Positions 52,241-64,000 of a stretch of 64,000 nucleotides of DNA are shown one piece after another. The stretch is taken from positions 22,106,962-22,170,961 of the forward strand of contig JARFYF010000054.1 of assembly GCA_030265395.1 (NCBI GenBank), written 5' to 3'. Below the pieces are notes generated by a model. That model made no database searches. It was not told the origin of the DNA and saw only the letters and a program-made list of their open reading frames with translations. Position numbers and translations under genes: made by a program. Within the stretch, counting starts at the first letter, position 1. Each line of letters begins with the position of its first letter. This stretch comes from Rhina ancylostomus (taxonomy: Eukaryota).

Positions 52241-53379
52241 CCTGGCATAAAGCTGAGAGTCGGACACCAACGTACTGAGGTCAAGGGGGGGAGGGGTGGA
52301 GTGGGGGGTGCATCTGGCACCCCCACCCCCCTTGGTTTCAGTACGTCGGTGCTGCGCTGCTACCTGCGATGCTGGGACCAACAGTGAGTGTGGGATCAGA
52401 AGCACAGGTGATTGACCACCAGCTCGTCCTGGACCCACACGAACTGCTGGCTGTTATTCATCTTGATAACCAAGTGTTTATTCTTCTTCACTTCTTGCGA
52501 ACTTTATCCAATAGCTCCTTGCTCATCCTTTTATTTTAAAAAGAGGTATTTTTAAAAGCAGAATATCATTGTCAGTGTTACAGCAGAGTATCAATGTATC
52601 CAGCCCCACTACAAGACAGTAGCATGTAATTGTCATTAAAGATTAATGCTTAAGGCTGGCTACAACTCATGCTTAAACATTTGACGTGGTTCTTTCCATT
52701 AAATGGAATGTACATAGGAGTCCAATGAAAAATGAACCAGTTTCATTGACTGAGCAGAATCTTCTGAAATTCGTTGCTGCTGGTAATTTAATCTGTGAGC
52801 TGCGGGCCTTGTAACCATTACGTGTTCCCCATTGCAGCCCACACATTCTCTCAACTGCCTATTTGCCCTTAATAGATAGACTTTTTTTTGTGTGCTGTGC
52901 TGTTGCTGTCATTTAGAGCAGCGTTTTCTGGTGCGATTTGTGGTCCCATTAGTTTCATCTGCTGGTCTTGGACAGTGGCATCCAGTTCACAATCCTGCTT
53001 CAGGAACCCTTAACCTGCCAATATCATTTTGCTCAGTATACGGTATGTTAACTTATTGTGCTACTCACTGTCCAAAGATCTGTGAAATGTGGCAGCCTGC
53101 TGTGTAATACTTTCTCTGGAAACTTGCAGAATTGCACAATTTAAATACCAGAACATGATGTATAGCCCCAAAGGACGTCTTAATTTATAGCCGCTTTTCT
53201 ACTTAGCCTTTTCTCTGATCTCAGGAAAATAAGCTCTTGGCTAGTACTCCCCTATGTGTATGCTGCCACCTTGCTCTTATAAACCTAACTGGTTCAGGAA
53301 GCAGAACTGGGAACATCTTTGTTCATTCTAGGCCATTGCTGGCAGTCATCACCATTGGTATTAAAACTGGAGACTTTGG

Positions 53380-53610
53380 GCCACTTTTGAGACCATTTAA
53401 GGAGTGAAATACATTGATTCATGTCTGGATTTGTACTTAGTTCAGAGTGGGTGGGGGTGAGGACACCAGCTTTCTTTTCACTTGGAGAGGAACAGAGAAA
53501 TGGGCTTTTATGACAAGTGGAGACATGTTTACCTTTACTGACACAGGTGCTATGATTCCAGATTTTATAATTGTGGGGGAATTTGAACTCCCAATCTCTG
53601 GGTATGAAGG
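53380..53610 (-). mobile_element. Decayed tRNA-derived SINE
   Basis: atgggcttttatgacaa...ttactgacac...attccagatttt...gggaatttgaactc (reverse B box). Confidence 0.5.
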
Positions 53611-54564
53611 ACAAGTGTATGCATTTGGTAGGCCAAGGAATTTGACGTTCTGCAACACAGACTGAATCCATGCATTCTGGTAGAGAGAGAGAGAGATGTT
53701 GAATTTGTTGCCACCTCACAAAATGTGAGAGAGAGTGGATCTGAGGTATTGCCAGAACAGGGAACTGGGAACAAGGCAGATCCAGACTGAACAGTCAATT
53801 CTGGAGACTTATGGTTGTAACATTGCAACATTTGAACAATAGCCTGAAACAAATGGCAAGTCTGTTACAATGCATAACTGAAACATTCAAAGGGTTAAAT
53901 TTAAATATAATTGAACTGTTGTACTGCAAACATGGAAAAAAGCTGGCAAAAGGAAATGATTACAAGTACAAAGAATTGGTAATGTAATGGTAGCGACTTT
54001 GTCAAATCTTCCTGTCTCTAAACCAAGCCAGAGAGCGTTACCTTGACAACCAGGCTCCTTTAAGATTGCAGGGGACTCTTTATTTATAATGAGCACCACA
54101 GGTACACTTGAATTCACATCAGTCAGGAAGATTAACATCAGATTACTCTGTGGCAAATGTATGCATGTTTAAGTGAAATGTTTGTATTGTTCTAATGCTT
54201 GAGTACAACTGAATCGCGTGATCATTGAAGATCCCTTAAGTGTGGTAAATGCACTCTTATTCCCAGATCATCTGTGCTTGTGTATTGTAAGAAGATGCTG
54301 ACGTTAACAGATTATAACTACTTGGCTCCACGTTGATGAAACATTTCCTACATTTAGCTCTTTAAGCTCTTGGACACTGCACTGTGCAATAGTTTAATCT
54401 GACAGCTTTGCTTTTAAATCGTGATGTTTCTGATCTACCAATTGGACATTTAGTTCTGATTTTTATTTTCTTTTGCATTTGGTTGCCTGAACTCTCACCA
54501 GGGTCTGGATCCATGGTAGTGGCATCTTGTTTGTGACCATAATTCTTTGTGAAAATTGACCATT

Positions 54565-54920
54565 ACATAGAATGTAGATCATANNNNNNNNNNNNNNNNN
54601 NNNNNNNNNNNNNNNNNNNNNNNNNNNNNNNNNNNNNNNNNNNNNNNNNNNNNNNNNNNNNNNNNNNNNNNNNNNNNNNNNNNATGTAGATCATAGAAGC
54701 AGGCCATTTGGCTCAGCTGGTCTTTGTCAGTGTTAATGCCCTACATTAGCCTCCCTCCCCACCATTCTTCACTCCACTCCAATGATGCCTTGGCTGTTCC
54801 TTTCTCCTTCATGCTTTTATCTTCCTAAATGCATCAATGTTCCTTGTAACAAAGACTTCTGATGTTAGCGAGTTCCACATTGTAACCTGAGAAGCTTCAC
54901 CTGTGTTCCCTAATGGTTTT
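54565..54920 (-). mobile_element. Decayed CR1 3' end
   Basis: agaagcaggccatttggctcagc...cttcctaaatgcatcaatg...gcgagttccacattgtaacc (reverse of WNSL...IDAFRK). Confidence 0.65.
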
Positions 54921-55679
54921 TTCTTGTATTTGGTCTCCCCACCTTTTATGGAAACTATCAATTTGTGGTAACAGTCTGTCCAAAACTCCTGAAGCAGTCC
55001 TGCCCTCGACAGGCACGTGCTCCGTAATGAGCTGAAGTGAGAAACTTCGATGATTTTCCCTTTTTCTGGAACCAAGGGCCATTAGTGCCAGTTACAGAGG
55101 CCCTTTCACGGCTGCAGTTGAACTGATTCACTGGGGGATTAATCCTTGCCTATCCTGAGCTCAAAAGTTCATTTGATGATGTTACTATTGAGCCTTTGTA
55201 GAATTGCAGCAGGTGACTGTATTTTCAGTTGTATTTGTGTATGTCATAAACATTTTAATCCCTTTCTGGGCTCTGATAGTTTGAAAGATGAAGCAGTATT
55301 TACATTATTCCCTCAAGACTAATGGATTACTTTTTGCTGCACCCACTGTCATTAGGGAGAGGAACCTGTTAACCAACTTTCACAAGGCCATACAAACAGT
55401 AAATGGATGAATGAACAGTTAGGTGGAAGAAATGTAGGGCAGGATGTGTGGTGATTAAGCTTTGATATAATGCCCCTTCTGAAAATTGGCACTTCTGACA
55501 ATACAGCACTCGCAATCCTTTTGTTTCACAAGGAGTGCTGCCATGTCAACATAAACAGTTTGAAGAGTTGCCCACTGCTGCAGTTACTGTCAATCAGGAA
55601 GGGAGTTCCATAAGGCAATGTGAAATATTTTTGCTGCTGGTTTTTAGCCTAGTATTTTCAACAGAGAATCTTTAGGGTC

Positions 55680-55992
55680 AGTGCGCACGGTCTTTTTCCC
55701 AGGGTTGGGGAATCAGGAACTAGAGGGTATAGGTTTAAGGTGAGAGGGGAGGGATTTAATAGGAACCTGGGGGACAACTTTCTCACCCAGAGGGTGGTCA
55801 GTATATGGAATGAGCTGCCAGAGGAAGTGGCTGAGGCAGGTATATTAATAACATTTAAAAGGTACTTGGACAGGTACATGATTAGAAAGGTGTCAAGGAA
55901 TATGGGCAAATGGGACTAGCCTACATGGGAATCTAAGCTAATGGCGTGGACTGGTTGGGCTGAAGGACCCTTTCCCCTGCTGTATGACTCCA
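55680..55992 (+). mobile_element. CR1 LINE 3' end (ORF2 C-terminus plus tail)
   Basis: HGLFPRVGESGTRGYRFKVRGEGFNRNLGDNFLTQRVVSIWNELPEEVAEAGILITFKRYLDRYM, then gggctgaaggaccc...gctgtatgactc. Confidence 0.92.
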
Positions 55993-56549
55993 CAAGAAAT
56001 CCTGACCCCTCAATGTAGATATATCATGAGCTAATTGTAGATAGATGTGTAAATTCTGCACATTGCACACTTCCTGTATTTTCCTGTTTCTATTGTTAAT
56101 TATTGCCAGAAACAGTCCAAGTTTTTCATTTCACTGTATTTTTCCATAAAAGATGAACCCCTTCCATGTTTTACTGTAGAGTATGTATTCCTACGTGTTT
56201 TTTTGGTTGTTTGAGGAGGCTGGTGTCTGACTCTCTAGCTAAACATCTCTTAGCAACTGACCTGCTGAATGCTTGTTGCATTTTATATTTTGTTTCAGAT
56301 TTCCTGTTTTTACTTCAGTTAGTCACTAACGTTCATTTTTACACAGGGACTAATTAAACGATATTTCCATTTCTTGTGCATTTTAGATCCATCACACTTT
56401 GAATCTTTAACATGCTTGTTGATCACCAATGACCATAATGTTGGCACTTTTGTTGCTTTTTCTAAATGTGCACAATGGTCTCTGTCTTCAGTTCTTGTAA
56501 TTCAACCACACTGACTCTTGGCTGTCTTTCATGTCGGCACTTGTTGCCG

Positions 56550-57125
56550 GGCCAAAGCCTTGCCATCGTCCACGATCCACAAGTCAGCAGTGTGATGGAA
56601 TGCTTTCCACGTGCTGGATAAGGGCAGCTCCAATAACTCTGGAGAAACTCGAACCAGTCCGAGCAAAGGTGTCCACTAGATTGGCACCCTAACCATCACG
56701 CTAAGTGTGTATACCCTATACCACAGCTGCACAGTGGCTAGTGTGTAGTATCTACAAAATCCATTATTGTCCCTTGCCCAGACTATTCCAACAGCATCTC
56801 CCGAACCTGTGACCTCTGTTACCAAGAAGGACAAGGGCAGCAGATTGCATGGAATGCCACCTACTGTTAGTTCTTCAAGTCGTACACCATTTTCACTTAG
56901 AAATATATTGAAAGCCCTTCATCATTGCTGAATCTAAACACCTGAACCTTGCTCCCCAACAGGACAGTAGGAATACCTTCACCACAGGGACTGCCACATT
57001 TCAAGAAGATGGTTCACCACCACCACCACCACCACCTCAAGGGAATTTTTTGAGATGGACAATTAATGCTGGNNNNNNNNNNGCTGGCCTTGTCAATGAC
57101 ACCCAGATCTCAGAAATAAATAAAA
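56550..57125 (+). mobile_element. Family B LINE 3' region
   Basis: caagtcagcagtgtgatggaatgctttccac...cagcatctcccgaacc...gaaggacaagggcagcag...caccacctcaaggg...gctggccttgtcaatgacacccagatc. Confidence 0.82.
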
Positions 57126-58194
57126 TCCTATTTGATGGTTTTCCACACCAGAACAAGGAGTTCCTCCATGATGCCTGATTAATGATGGACACATGAGGAA
57201 CATATTGATTGGGTTGGATGAAGAATGATTGGAGGAAGGTTGTGTGGAGCACAAGCATCCAGACAGACCTGTTGGGCGAAATGGCTCCTTCGTGTGCTGT
57301 AAATACCATGTTGTGTACTGATAGCTGGGAATCTGTACAAGATAAAGGCAGCTTAGGATGGTTGGCTGACAGGGAATGATTGATAAATCATCCTTTTGAG
57401 ACAGTTTATTTGACTGGCCAATGAATGGGAATTCATCAATGCATTGGCAATGATTAATCTGAAATAGAATAACATTAAAATTAAGCCTGTAACTGAAAAG
57501 CCCCATTTCAAATCTTTGGAACTCGGGAGATAGTGTCAGGTTTGGGGTACAATTGTTTCTTGATGGCTGATGCAACCACAGTTATGTCATGACTCATGTC
57601 AGGCGAGAAATAGTCTAATTAGGCAACCCTGTCTTTCAAGTAGACAGCAAACCTGCAAGAGTATTTCATTCAAGACAGGGGTCACCAAGTACTGACTTAA
57701 CTGCAGCAAGCTGCTTTTTATGTGTCCTTTTACTGGATAATGCCACACTTCAGTCAGCAAGTAACAAATAATTGTTTGAATATGGAAGGTAAATGACAAA
57801 ACACATCAGTCTGAAGGCAATTAACCAACTCTGGTCATTAGGTTATGCTGACCTACAGGCATTGTATTTCAAAAACATCACTTACCAACCCTCCTCAATA
57901 CACCTGTGCAATTCTGTCTGAACTGAATGAAGATTAAATGTAAATATCTGTTTCATCTGTGCAAGGAACAACCTACTTCTCCAGAGAACACTTTCTGCTT
58001 GAGAGCAGGTTTGATCTGTGGGCAAAGCATTTTCCATTTATTAGTATGATTCTGTTAAGCTGAAAGGGCAGCAACCCTGGAGACTCGGCTGAAGAAAGAC
58101 AAACTAGTAAGCGAACAAGTACCAGTAAATTGGTGAAATATAATAAACTGGAAGGCAGAATATGTGAGGTGAATGTTCAAAAGGGAGTGAAATG

Positions 58195-59185
58195 ACAAAG
58201 TGCATTTATATAAACATGTTTTAATGTGGTATAGCATCCCAAGCTGGTTTTCAGGAGTACTAATAAACAAAATTTGACTTTGAGCCAGTTAAGGAGATCT
58301 TGGGCTGGATCACGCTGGCCCAGTCTCTCTGCCCAGCAGAATCCCCATGTTCTGGTCTGTGCCTGTGCACACCTTGTCCTGATGTGGAAGGCCAATCTCA
58401 CCGGTTCTCTGCACCCTGAAGTTAAGACAGTGCAAGGGTCTTGGGCAATGCAGTGTGGAGGCCCCACCTCTGAGCTTCTGATAGCCTTCAACAGCTGGGA
58501 CTTTGCCGGCTGTGAAAGTTGTCTGATTCCAATTATTTTATAACCATTAATTATAACCAATTATAGTTCTATGTATTAAACTATTCATATTAAAATAAAT
58601 AAAAAGTTAGAACTATCAATAAGGTTATTAATAGTTTTAAAACAGGAAAAGAGAAAACAAACCACATGAAACAAAAAAATTAAACTTGAGCAAAGTAATC
58701 TTCTAATAAATAACTTGCCTACCTTTTTCCTCCTAACTCTTTGCCCTACAATCCTGGTTCAAATTATTGAGGTTTCAGATCGTGAGCCAGGTTTGAGATG
58801 ACACAGGATCTGAGGTGATTTGCCCAGTTTAATGCAGGGGAATCCAAGCATTGAGGTCTGAATGGATAGAATCAGCCTTCCAAATCTGTCACTTACTTTC
58901 ATGGTTCACAGTACAAGTGTGGAAGCCCAGGACTGACTTCAGTTTCAGTAGCTGACTGCCATTGTTTCCACTTGAAACTGCTGGCAAAATTTAGCAGGAA
59001 TCAGCTCAATGAGACCTGGCAAAAAGACTGCAAGATTTAAAGAGTGTTTTCAAGAGCTTAGGACCCAGGAGCTGAAGGCATTGGTGGCAATGAAACACTC
59101 AATGTAGAGATGTGAAAGAATTTGGTTGTTGAGAGCTGGAGGAGATCATAGGACAGGGAGTGGTGTGGGTGTGGAGGGCTTCCAA
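58195..59185 (-). mobile_element. L2 3' remnant (58195-58300 and ~59020-59185) separated by an unclassified ~700-bp segment
   Basis: tgcatttatataaac...aaacaaaatttgactttgagcc..aaggagat, resuming at caagagcttaggacccaggagctgaaggca...gagctggaggagat. Confidence 0.55.
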
Positions 59186-59339
59186 CACAGTCAGGGAGTC
59201 AGATTTTGTTTATTATTACTCCTATGAAGCAACTTGGTATACTTTACCACATTAAAAAGTTTTATACAAATGCACATTGTCACTTTGCTCCATTTTCAAT
59301 ATTCGTCTCATATATTTCTCTTTAAAGCCACAAAGTGCA

Positions 59340-59632
59340 AATGTTTGTGTTACACATTCTGTTGCACTTCTTCTGGATCATAGAGACTTGAGGAACAAAG
59401 TTTGTAAGAAGTGCAGAGACGGTTAGGAGAAGCAGAGATCTGTGAGGGTTGGTGGTTGAATGGTGTAATGGATGGAGGAGTAGAAGAATTTGTTTGGTGT
59501 GAAGGAGTTGTGGCTTGGAATTCACCACTTGAATGGATGGTGAAAACAGAATCAGTCAGTGCTTTCAAAAGGAGCTAGCGTATACTCTCTGGATTGAATG
59601 GCCTCCTTCTGTGCAGTAACTGTTGTATAATT
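59340..59632 (+). mobile_element. Decayed CR1 3' end
   Basis: ttggaattcaccacttgaatggatggtgaaaacagaatcagtcagtgctttcaaaaggagct...gaatggcctccttctgtgc. Confidence 0.65.
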
Positions 59633-60685
59633 CCATGAAAGTAGGTATATAGTGCTCAATTTGTAATATTATGTTAAGGGTGTTATTATTGTGTTTTGGA
59701 AGCAAAACAGGAGCTGTTAATTAGATGAAGGTTCTCGCTGCAACTCAATGTTGGGCAAAGCTAATCTTTGGTAAAAGAGCAGCAGAGAATTATTAATAGC
59801 AGATTTGAGGTAGTGTATTTTTCTGTGATGAATTTAATATCTATTGATAGCATTTCCATTGTTTCAAATTTATATGTAGGCATAAATGGCTCAGCAAGAA
59901 GATAATGTTGCTGCCAAAAAGATTTTGAAGGTATTTTGCAAGATATGCTTGGAGGTAATGAACCAAGGGCAAAAATAGATTTTTGTTGAGTAGATAGTTG
60001 GCAAAAGAAAGCCATTGATGTATGGCATAACATCACATAAATAAATTCCCTATTGCTCATAGGTTATCCAAGCTTTATCAGGGTTTGTTGGCTATTAATG
60101 TGGCCTGTTTTGTTTAAATAGGTTGGTTTGACATTAGTAAATAAATCGTAAATGGCATGTGTTCAGGAGATAGGTTAAACATCTTGCTTTCCTTCTCTGT
60201 TGATAAGATTGTCTGAACCTGTAACAATGTTTGGATGTGACAGTTGCACACTGAATAGAAAGCTTTTACAGAATGCTGGTGGTGCTCACAGGAGGAGATC
60301 TTGTTTACAAAGAAATGAATGTCATATTGCTTCAGATAAGTACAGGAATGTGGTTTTGGGGAGGAGCTGTGGATTTATGCAGATTTGGGGTGCTTTGGGA
60401 ATAGTTCAGTAGGCTGGGCAAAGTGTAGCAGTGAGGTGATTGAAAGAATTGTAATTGTAATTGAAAAGCCAAATAGCAAGGAAAGTGGCTGGAGATCTTC
60501 CAAACAGACTGTAATTTCTTTAGTGCTTTGGTGATTTACAGGGAAAAACAAACTTTCTCTGACTTTAGTCAGAGAGATCCTGGAGTTTGTTGTGAGGCAG
60601 TATCATAACTCCATTTGAGGAAGATGGAAAACTAGGCAAGTTTTCCTCTCATGGTTTGGACGCTCTCACAATTCCTCAGACAGTC

Positions 60686-61020
60686 AGCACAATGGTCCGC
60701 CAGATAGCACCACTGCCTCACAGGTCCTGAGCTTGGGTGCTTACTGTGTGGGGGTTTATACATCCTCTCAGTGACTGTGTGGATTTCCCCCGGGTGACTT
60801 GGTTATCTCCCACATGCCAAAGATGTGTGAGTCAGTTGGCTAATTGTCCACTGTCAGTGGTGCCGATGTAAATCAGTGGCAGGAAAGCTTTTGGTGGGGG
60901 AGGGACATGTTGATGGAGATGCAAGAGGAGGGATGGGGTTGGTGTAGATGGGCATTTGATGTCTGGTGTGGATGTGGTGGACTGAAGCACCTGTTATGGT
61001 GCTGTTTGAATGTTTGACTA
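60686..61020 (+). mobile_element. Decayed HE1-like V-SINE
   Basis: gcaccactgcctcacag...gtgactgtgtggatttcccccgggtg...ctcccacatgccaaagatgtg...gtggactgaagcacctg. Confidence 0.75.
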
Positions 61021-61077
61021 TCACAAAAAGGCAAAATGTTGTCAATGCTGGAAAAATGAAACAAAATATGAGATTAA

Positions 61078-61237
61078 ATGGATAGGGACATTTAAGAGAC
61101 TCTTGGATAGACACATGAATGATAAAGAAATGGGGGGGCTATGTGGGAGGGAAGGTTTAGATAGATCTTAGAGCAGGATAAAATGTCAGCACAACATTGT
61201 GGGCTGAAGGGCCTGTACTGTGCTGTAATGTTCTATG
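61078..61237 (+). mobile_element. Young CR1 3' end (near-identical copy at 63356-63515)
   Basis: gatagggacatttaagagact...gggctgaagggcctgtactgtgctgtaatgttctatg. Confidence 0.88.
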
Positions 61238-61749
61238 AATTTAATTTCCTTTTCATAGTGAGAGTTGAAGTAATACCTAGTCCAGAGGAGAGCCCAAGAA
61301 CTTTGTGACGGATCTGTGGAATGCAGAGGGTGTAGAGAGCTCTGGAATCTTTCCAGGACCAGTGAGATTCTGGAAATCTGAGAACCCTGGATGTCCAGTT
61401 TAACGATAGTCTTTTTGTACTCATCAGTTTCATGAACTGGAGGGGAGTGTATCATCTGTTCAAGCAGACATCTCTGGAGAGAGAAGCAAAGATAATGCTT
61501 CAGGTCAATGACTTTTCACCTAAAAGAGGATGTAGAAGGCCTTGTGATTAAAAATATGAAGAGCTCTCAATTTGTTTTACCCATTCATAGTTGATTTCCT
61601 TATTTATAAGACTACTATTTTGCATTAATATTATAAAACAATTGGTTAACACTACAAGCAAGACCAGTTGTCTCCTTACTGATAAAAGTTGGTTGAGGGG
61701 TGCTATTGTCATATTGCTTACATGTGCACAGATACCCAAACTATATCCT

Positions 61750-62030
61750 GGGTAGCAGGGTGCCACAAGTACCTGGGTTCCATCCTGACCCCAGTGCTGT
61801 GTTGTGGAGATTGCTTGTCCTTCCTATGACCGCATCCCTGAGTGCTTTAGCTTCCTCCCACAACAGAACTGGTGGGTTAATTGGCTGCTGCGACTTAACA
61901 CTAGCGCAGGAGGGTGGATTTGTTGGGCATGTGAGATAGGACACGGGGAAAGAAGTGGGATTGATAGGTTGTTCTGTGAGCTGGCATAAGCTCAATGGGC
62001 TGATTAGCCTCTTTCTTTATTGTAAGGAAA
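61750..62030 (+). mobile_element. Decayed V-SINE
   Basis: cctgggttccatcctgacc...gtggagattgc...cttcctcccaca...ttaattggctgc...aatgggctgattagcctc. Confidence 0.65.
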
Positions 62031-62644
62031 TATACAGTCATATGTGAAATGCATTATTTATTCTGTTGGTACATTGAATAGGAAAACACAAATGAGAATA
62101 TTGTATAATTTTGTAGTCAGTGCAATAAAGAAGGACAAGCTGGTCTTTAGTTTTCTTCTTTAAATGATTAGGTTGAAGATAATAAGCAGCAGACATAATA
62201 TTATTCCCAGATGCTAGCTACACGCATTGGTACGAGGCCTTGCATCATTTTCACTGGTGTCTTCATGTCAGTAGCAGGAGAACAGGCGCCCAGTCATTCT
62301 TCACTTCAGTCACAATGACGTTCATAAAATGGTGATAATTTTCACTGAGAAATGGTGGTTGAATGGGAATGTTATCTCTGCTTTCAGTTGCAAGCAATCA
62401 TTGTGTACCAATCACCGTCTAATGGCCCCGACACTTGAATTTCATGACCTGTATTTTCTATTAAGCAGATCAGTAAAGAGCCTCTGCATTATTATGTAAT
62501 AAATTGAGGAGCAACCAAGTCCATACGTCTCTGTCTTTACCTTGGAAGGATGGAGTTGGAGACAGAATTACCATACTCTTTCATGGATAATATGGTACCA
62601 GTCTTGCTGATAAGAGTCACTGCTGAAAGCAGAGCAATTGTTTC

Positions 62645-62900
62645 AGAAGGTCCCAAAGCTGTTTACTGCGAATGAAATACTTGTTGAAGTGAAGTTTATG
62701 TGGCAATATCAGAATAACGGCAAGCTATTTGCATGAGTGATTTCCCACAAATAGCAATGGAATACTAACCAGACAGACAGTTCTTATTTGTACCAATTGA
62801 AAGATAGTTATTGACCCCCGAGGTCAGGCATAACTGCCTTGGTTATCTTTAAATTAGTGCAATAAGATCTTTTATATCCATCAAGGAGAGTAGGTGAGGC
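62645..62900 (-). mobile_element. Deu-domain SINE remnant
   Basis: gtcccaaagctgtttac...aatgaaatacttgttgaagtg...cccacaaatagcaatg...gatcttttatatccatc. Confidence 0.65.
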
Positions 62901-62902
62901 TG

Positions 62903-64000
62903 AGATAAAACACTGCAGATTCTGGAAATCTGAAATAAAAACAGAAAATGCTGGAGCACTCAGCAAGTCAGGTGAATTTTGTGGAAAGAGGAACAGAGTT
63001 AACGTTTTAGGTCAAAGGCCCCATGTCCAAGCTGGATAAGAGAAAACAAGTTAGTTTTAAGCTGCAGAGGGGTGTGGGAGGGATGGAGAGGACAAAGGGG
63101 TGGTGTGGACTCAGGGTTGCCCTGAGGATAAGTTGTGGATGAAATCATATTGTTGACAGGAAAGTTAGAGAGAGTGGCATGTAGCGACTAGCTACACTGA
63201 ATAAAGACACGGGACACTTGTTTGGAGTCCAAGAGTCGAATGAACGACTGGGGTGNNNNNNNNNNNNNNNNNNNNNNNNNNNNNNNNNNNNNNNNNNNNN
63301 NNNNNNNNNNNNNNNNNNNNNNNNNNNNNNNNNNNNNNNNNNNNNNNNNNNNNNNAACGGATAGGGACATTTAAGAGACTTTTGGATAGACACATGAATG
63401 ATACAGAAATGGGGGGCTATGTGGGAGGGAAGGGTTAGATGGATCTTAGAGCAGGATAAAATGTTGGCACAACATCATGGGCTGAAGGGCCTGTACTGTG
63501 CTGTAATGTTCTATGAACACCCAGGGAAACTGAGGAGGAAAGGAAGGAACGAAAAGTAAGGTCTTAGGTGAGGAGGAAGAGAGAAGCCTTTGAATGATGC
63601 AAATCCTACATCAATCCCTTTTCGTTAATTCTCCTCGTATTCTTATTATCTTCCCCTGGATTCTATACTCACTGCGCACTAGGGGCAATTTACTGTTATC
63701 AATCAACCTACCAACCAGCACACCAGCATGTGGGAGCAAACTGGAGCACCTGGAGGAAACAGGGAGAATGTGCAAACTCCAGTGTCTCTGGCGCTGTGAG
63801 ACAGTGGCTCTACCAGCTGTGCCACTGTGCTACTGAATTCATTCAACTCATTTTTTAAATCCAGAGGGATGTTCAATGCCCAGTCAGAAGATGAGTTGCT
63901 GTTCTTCTGGCTTGCATTGAGTTTCTTAGGAAGGAGGTTGAGAACAGAGGTCAGAGTAGGAGTGGGATAGAGAATTAAAATGACCAGAGGGATTGGTAGT
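62903..64000 (-). mobile_element. Decayed Penelope-like element end, interrupted by a CR1 tail (63356-63515, +) and an HE1-like SINE (63601-63831, -)
   Basis: Terminal repeat ctgcagattctggaaatctgaaataaaaacagaaaatgctgg...gagttaacgttt; tgcccagtcagaagatgagttgctgttcttc...cagaggtcagag resembles the reverse GIY-YIG end; the SINE shows gcactaggggcaatttac...gggagaatgtgcaaactcc...gctgtgccactgtgc. Confidence 0.65.

Overview
Vertebrate genomic DNA from a gapped draft assembly. It is almost certainly a cartilaginous fish, probably a batoid; this is inferred from HE1-type V-SINEs, Deu-domain SINEs, and CR1, L2, Rex1 and Penelope-like remnants. The only protein-coding sequence I can support is the first coding exon of an AUTS2-family gene on the + strand (ATG 30378 to splice donor after 30668; MDGPRCSG...[35 protein letters not shown]|GTAAGA). 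It is preceded by a CpG-rich promoter region, a GA-rich tract and a uORF-containing leader. About 28 kb upstream is intergenic, and the 33 kb downstream is intron 1; I found no exon 2. The other ORF-track entries are chance ORFs, simple repeats or decayed retroelements. I see no novel multi-gene system. The most interesting signals are: (i) short Penelope-derived fold-back elements whose copies jointly reconstruct a minimal hammerhead ribozyme core, with the inversion junction at the predicted cleavage site; (ii) an ~87-nt near-perfect hairpin in intron 1; (iii) two decayed ~30-bp tandem arrays, one with nested inversions; (iv) several nested or TSD-bounded insertions; (v) a possible divergent antisense exon and TE-poor candidate conserved elements. 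Repeat family names come from recalled consensus motifs, not database searches, and repeat boundaries are approximate.
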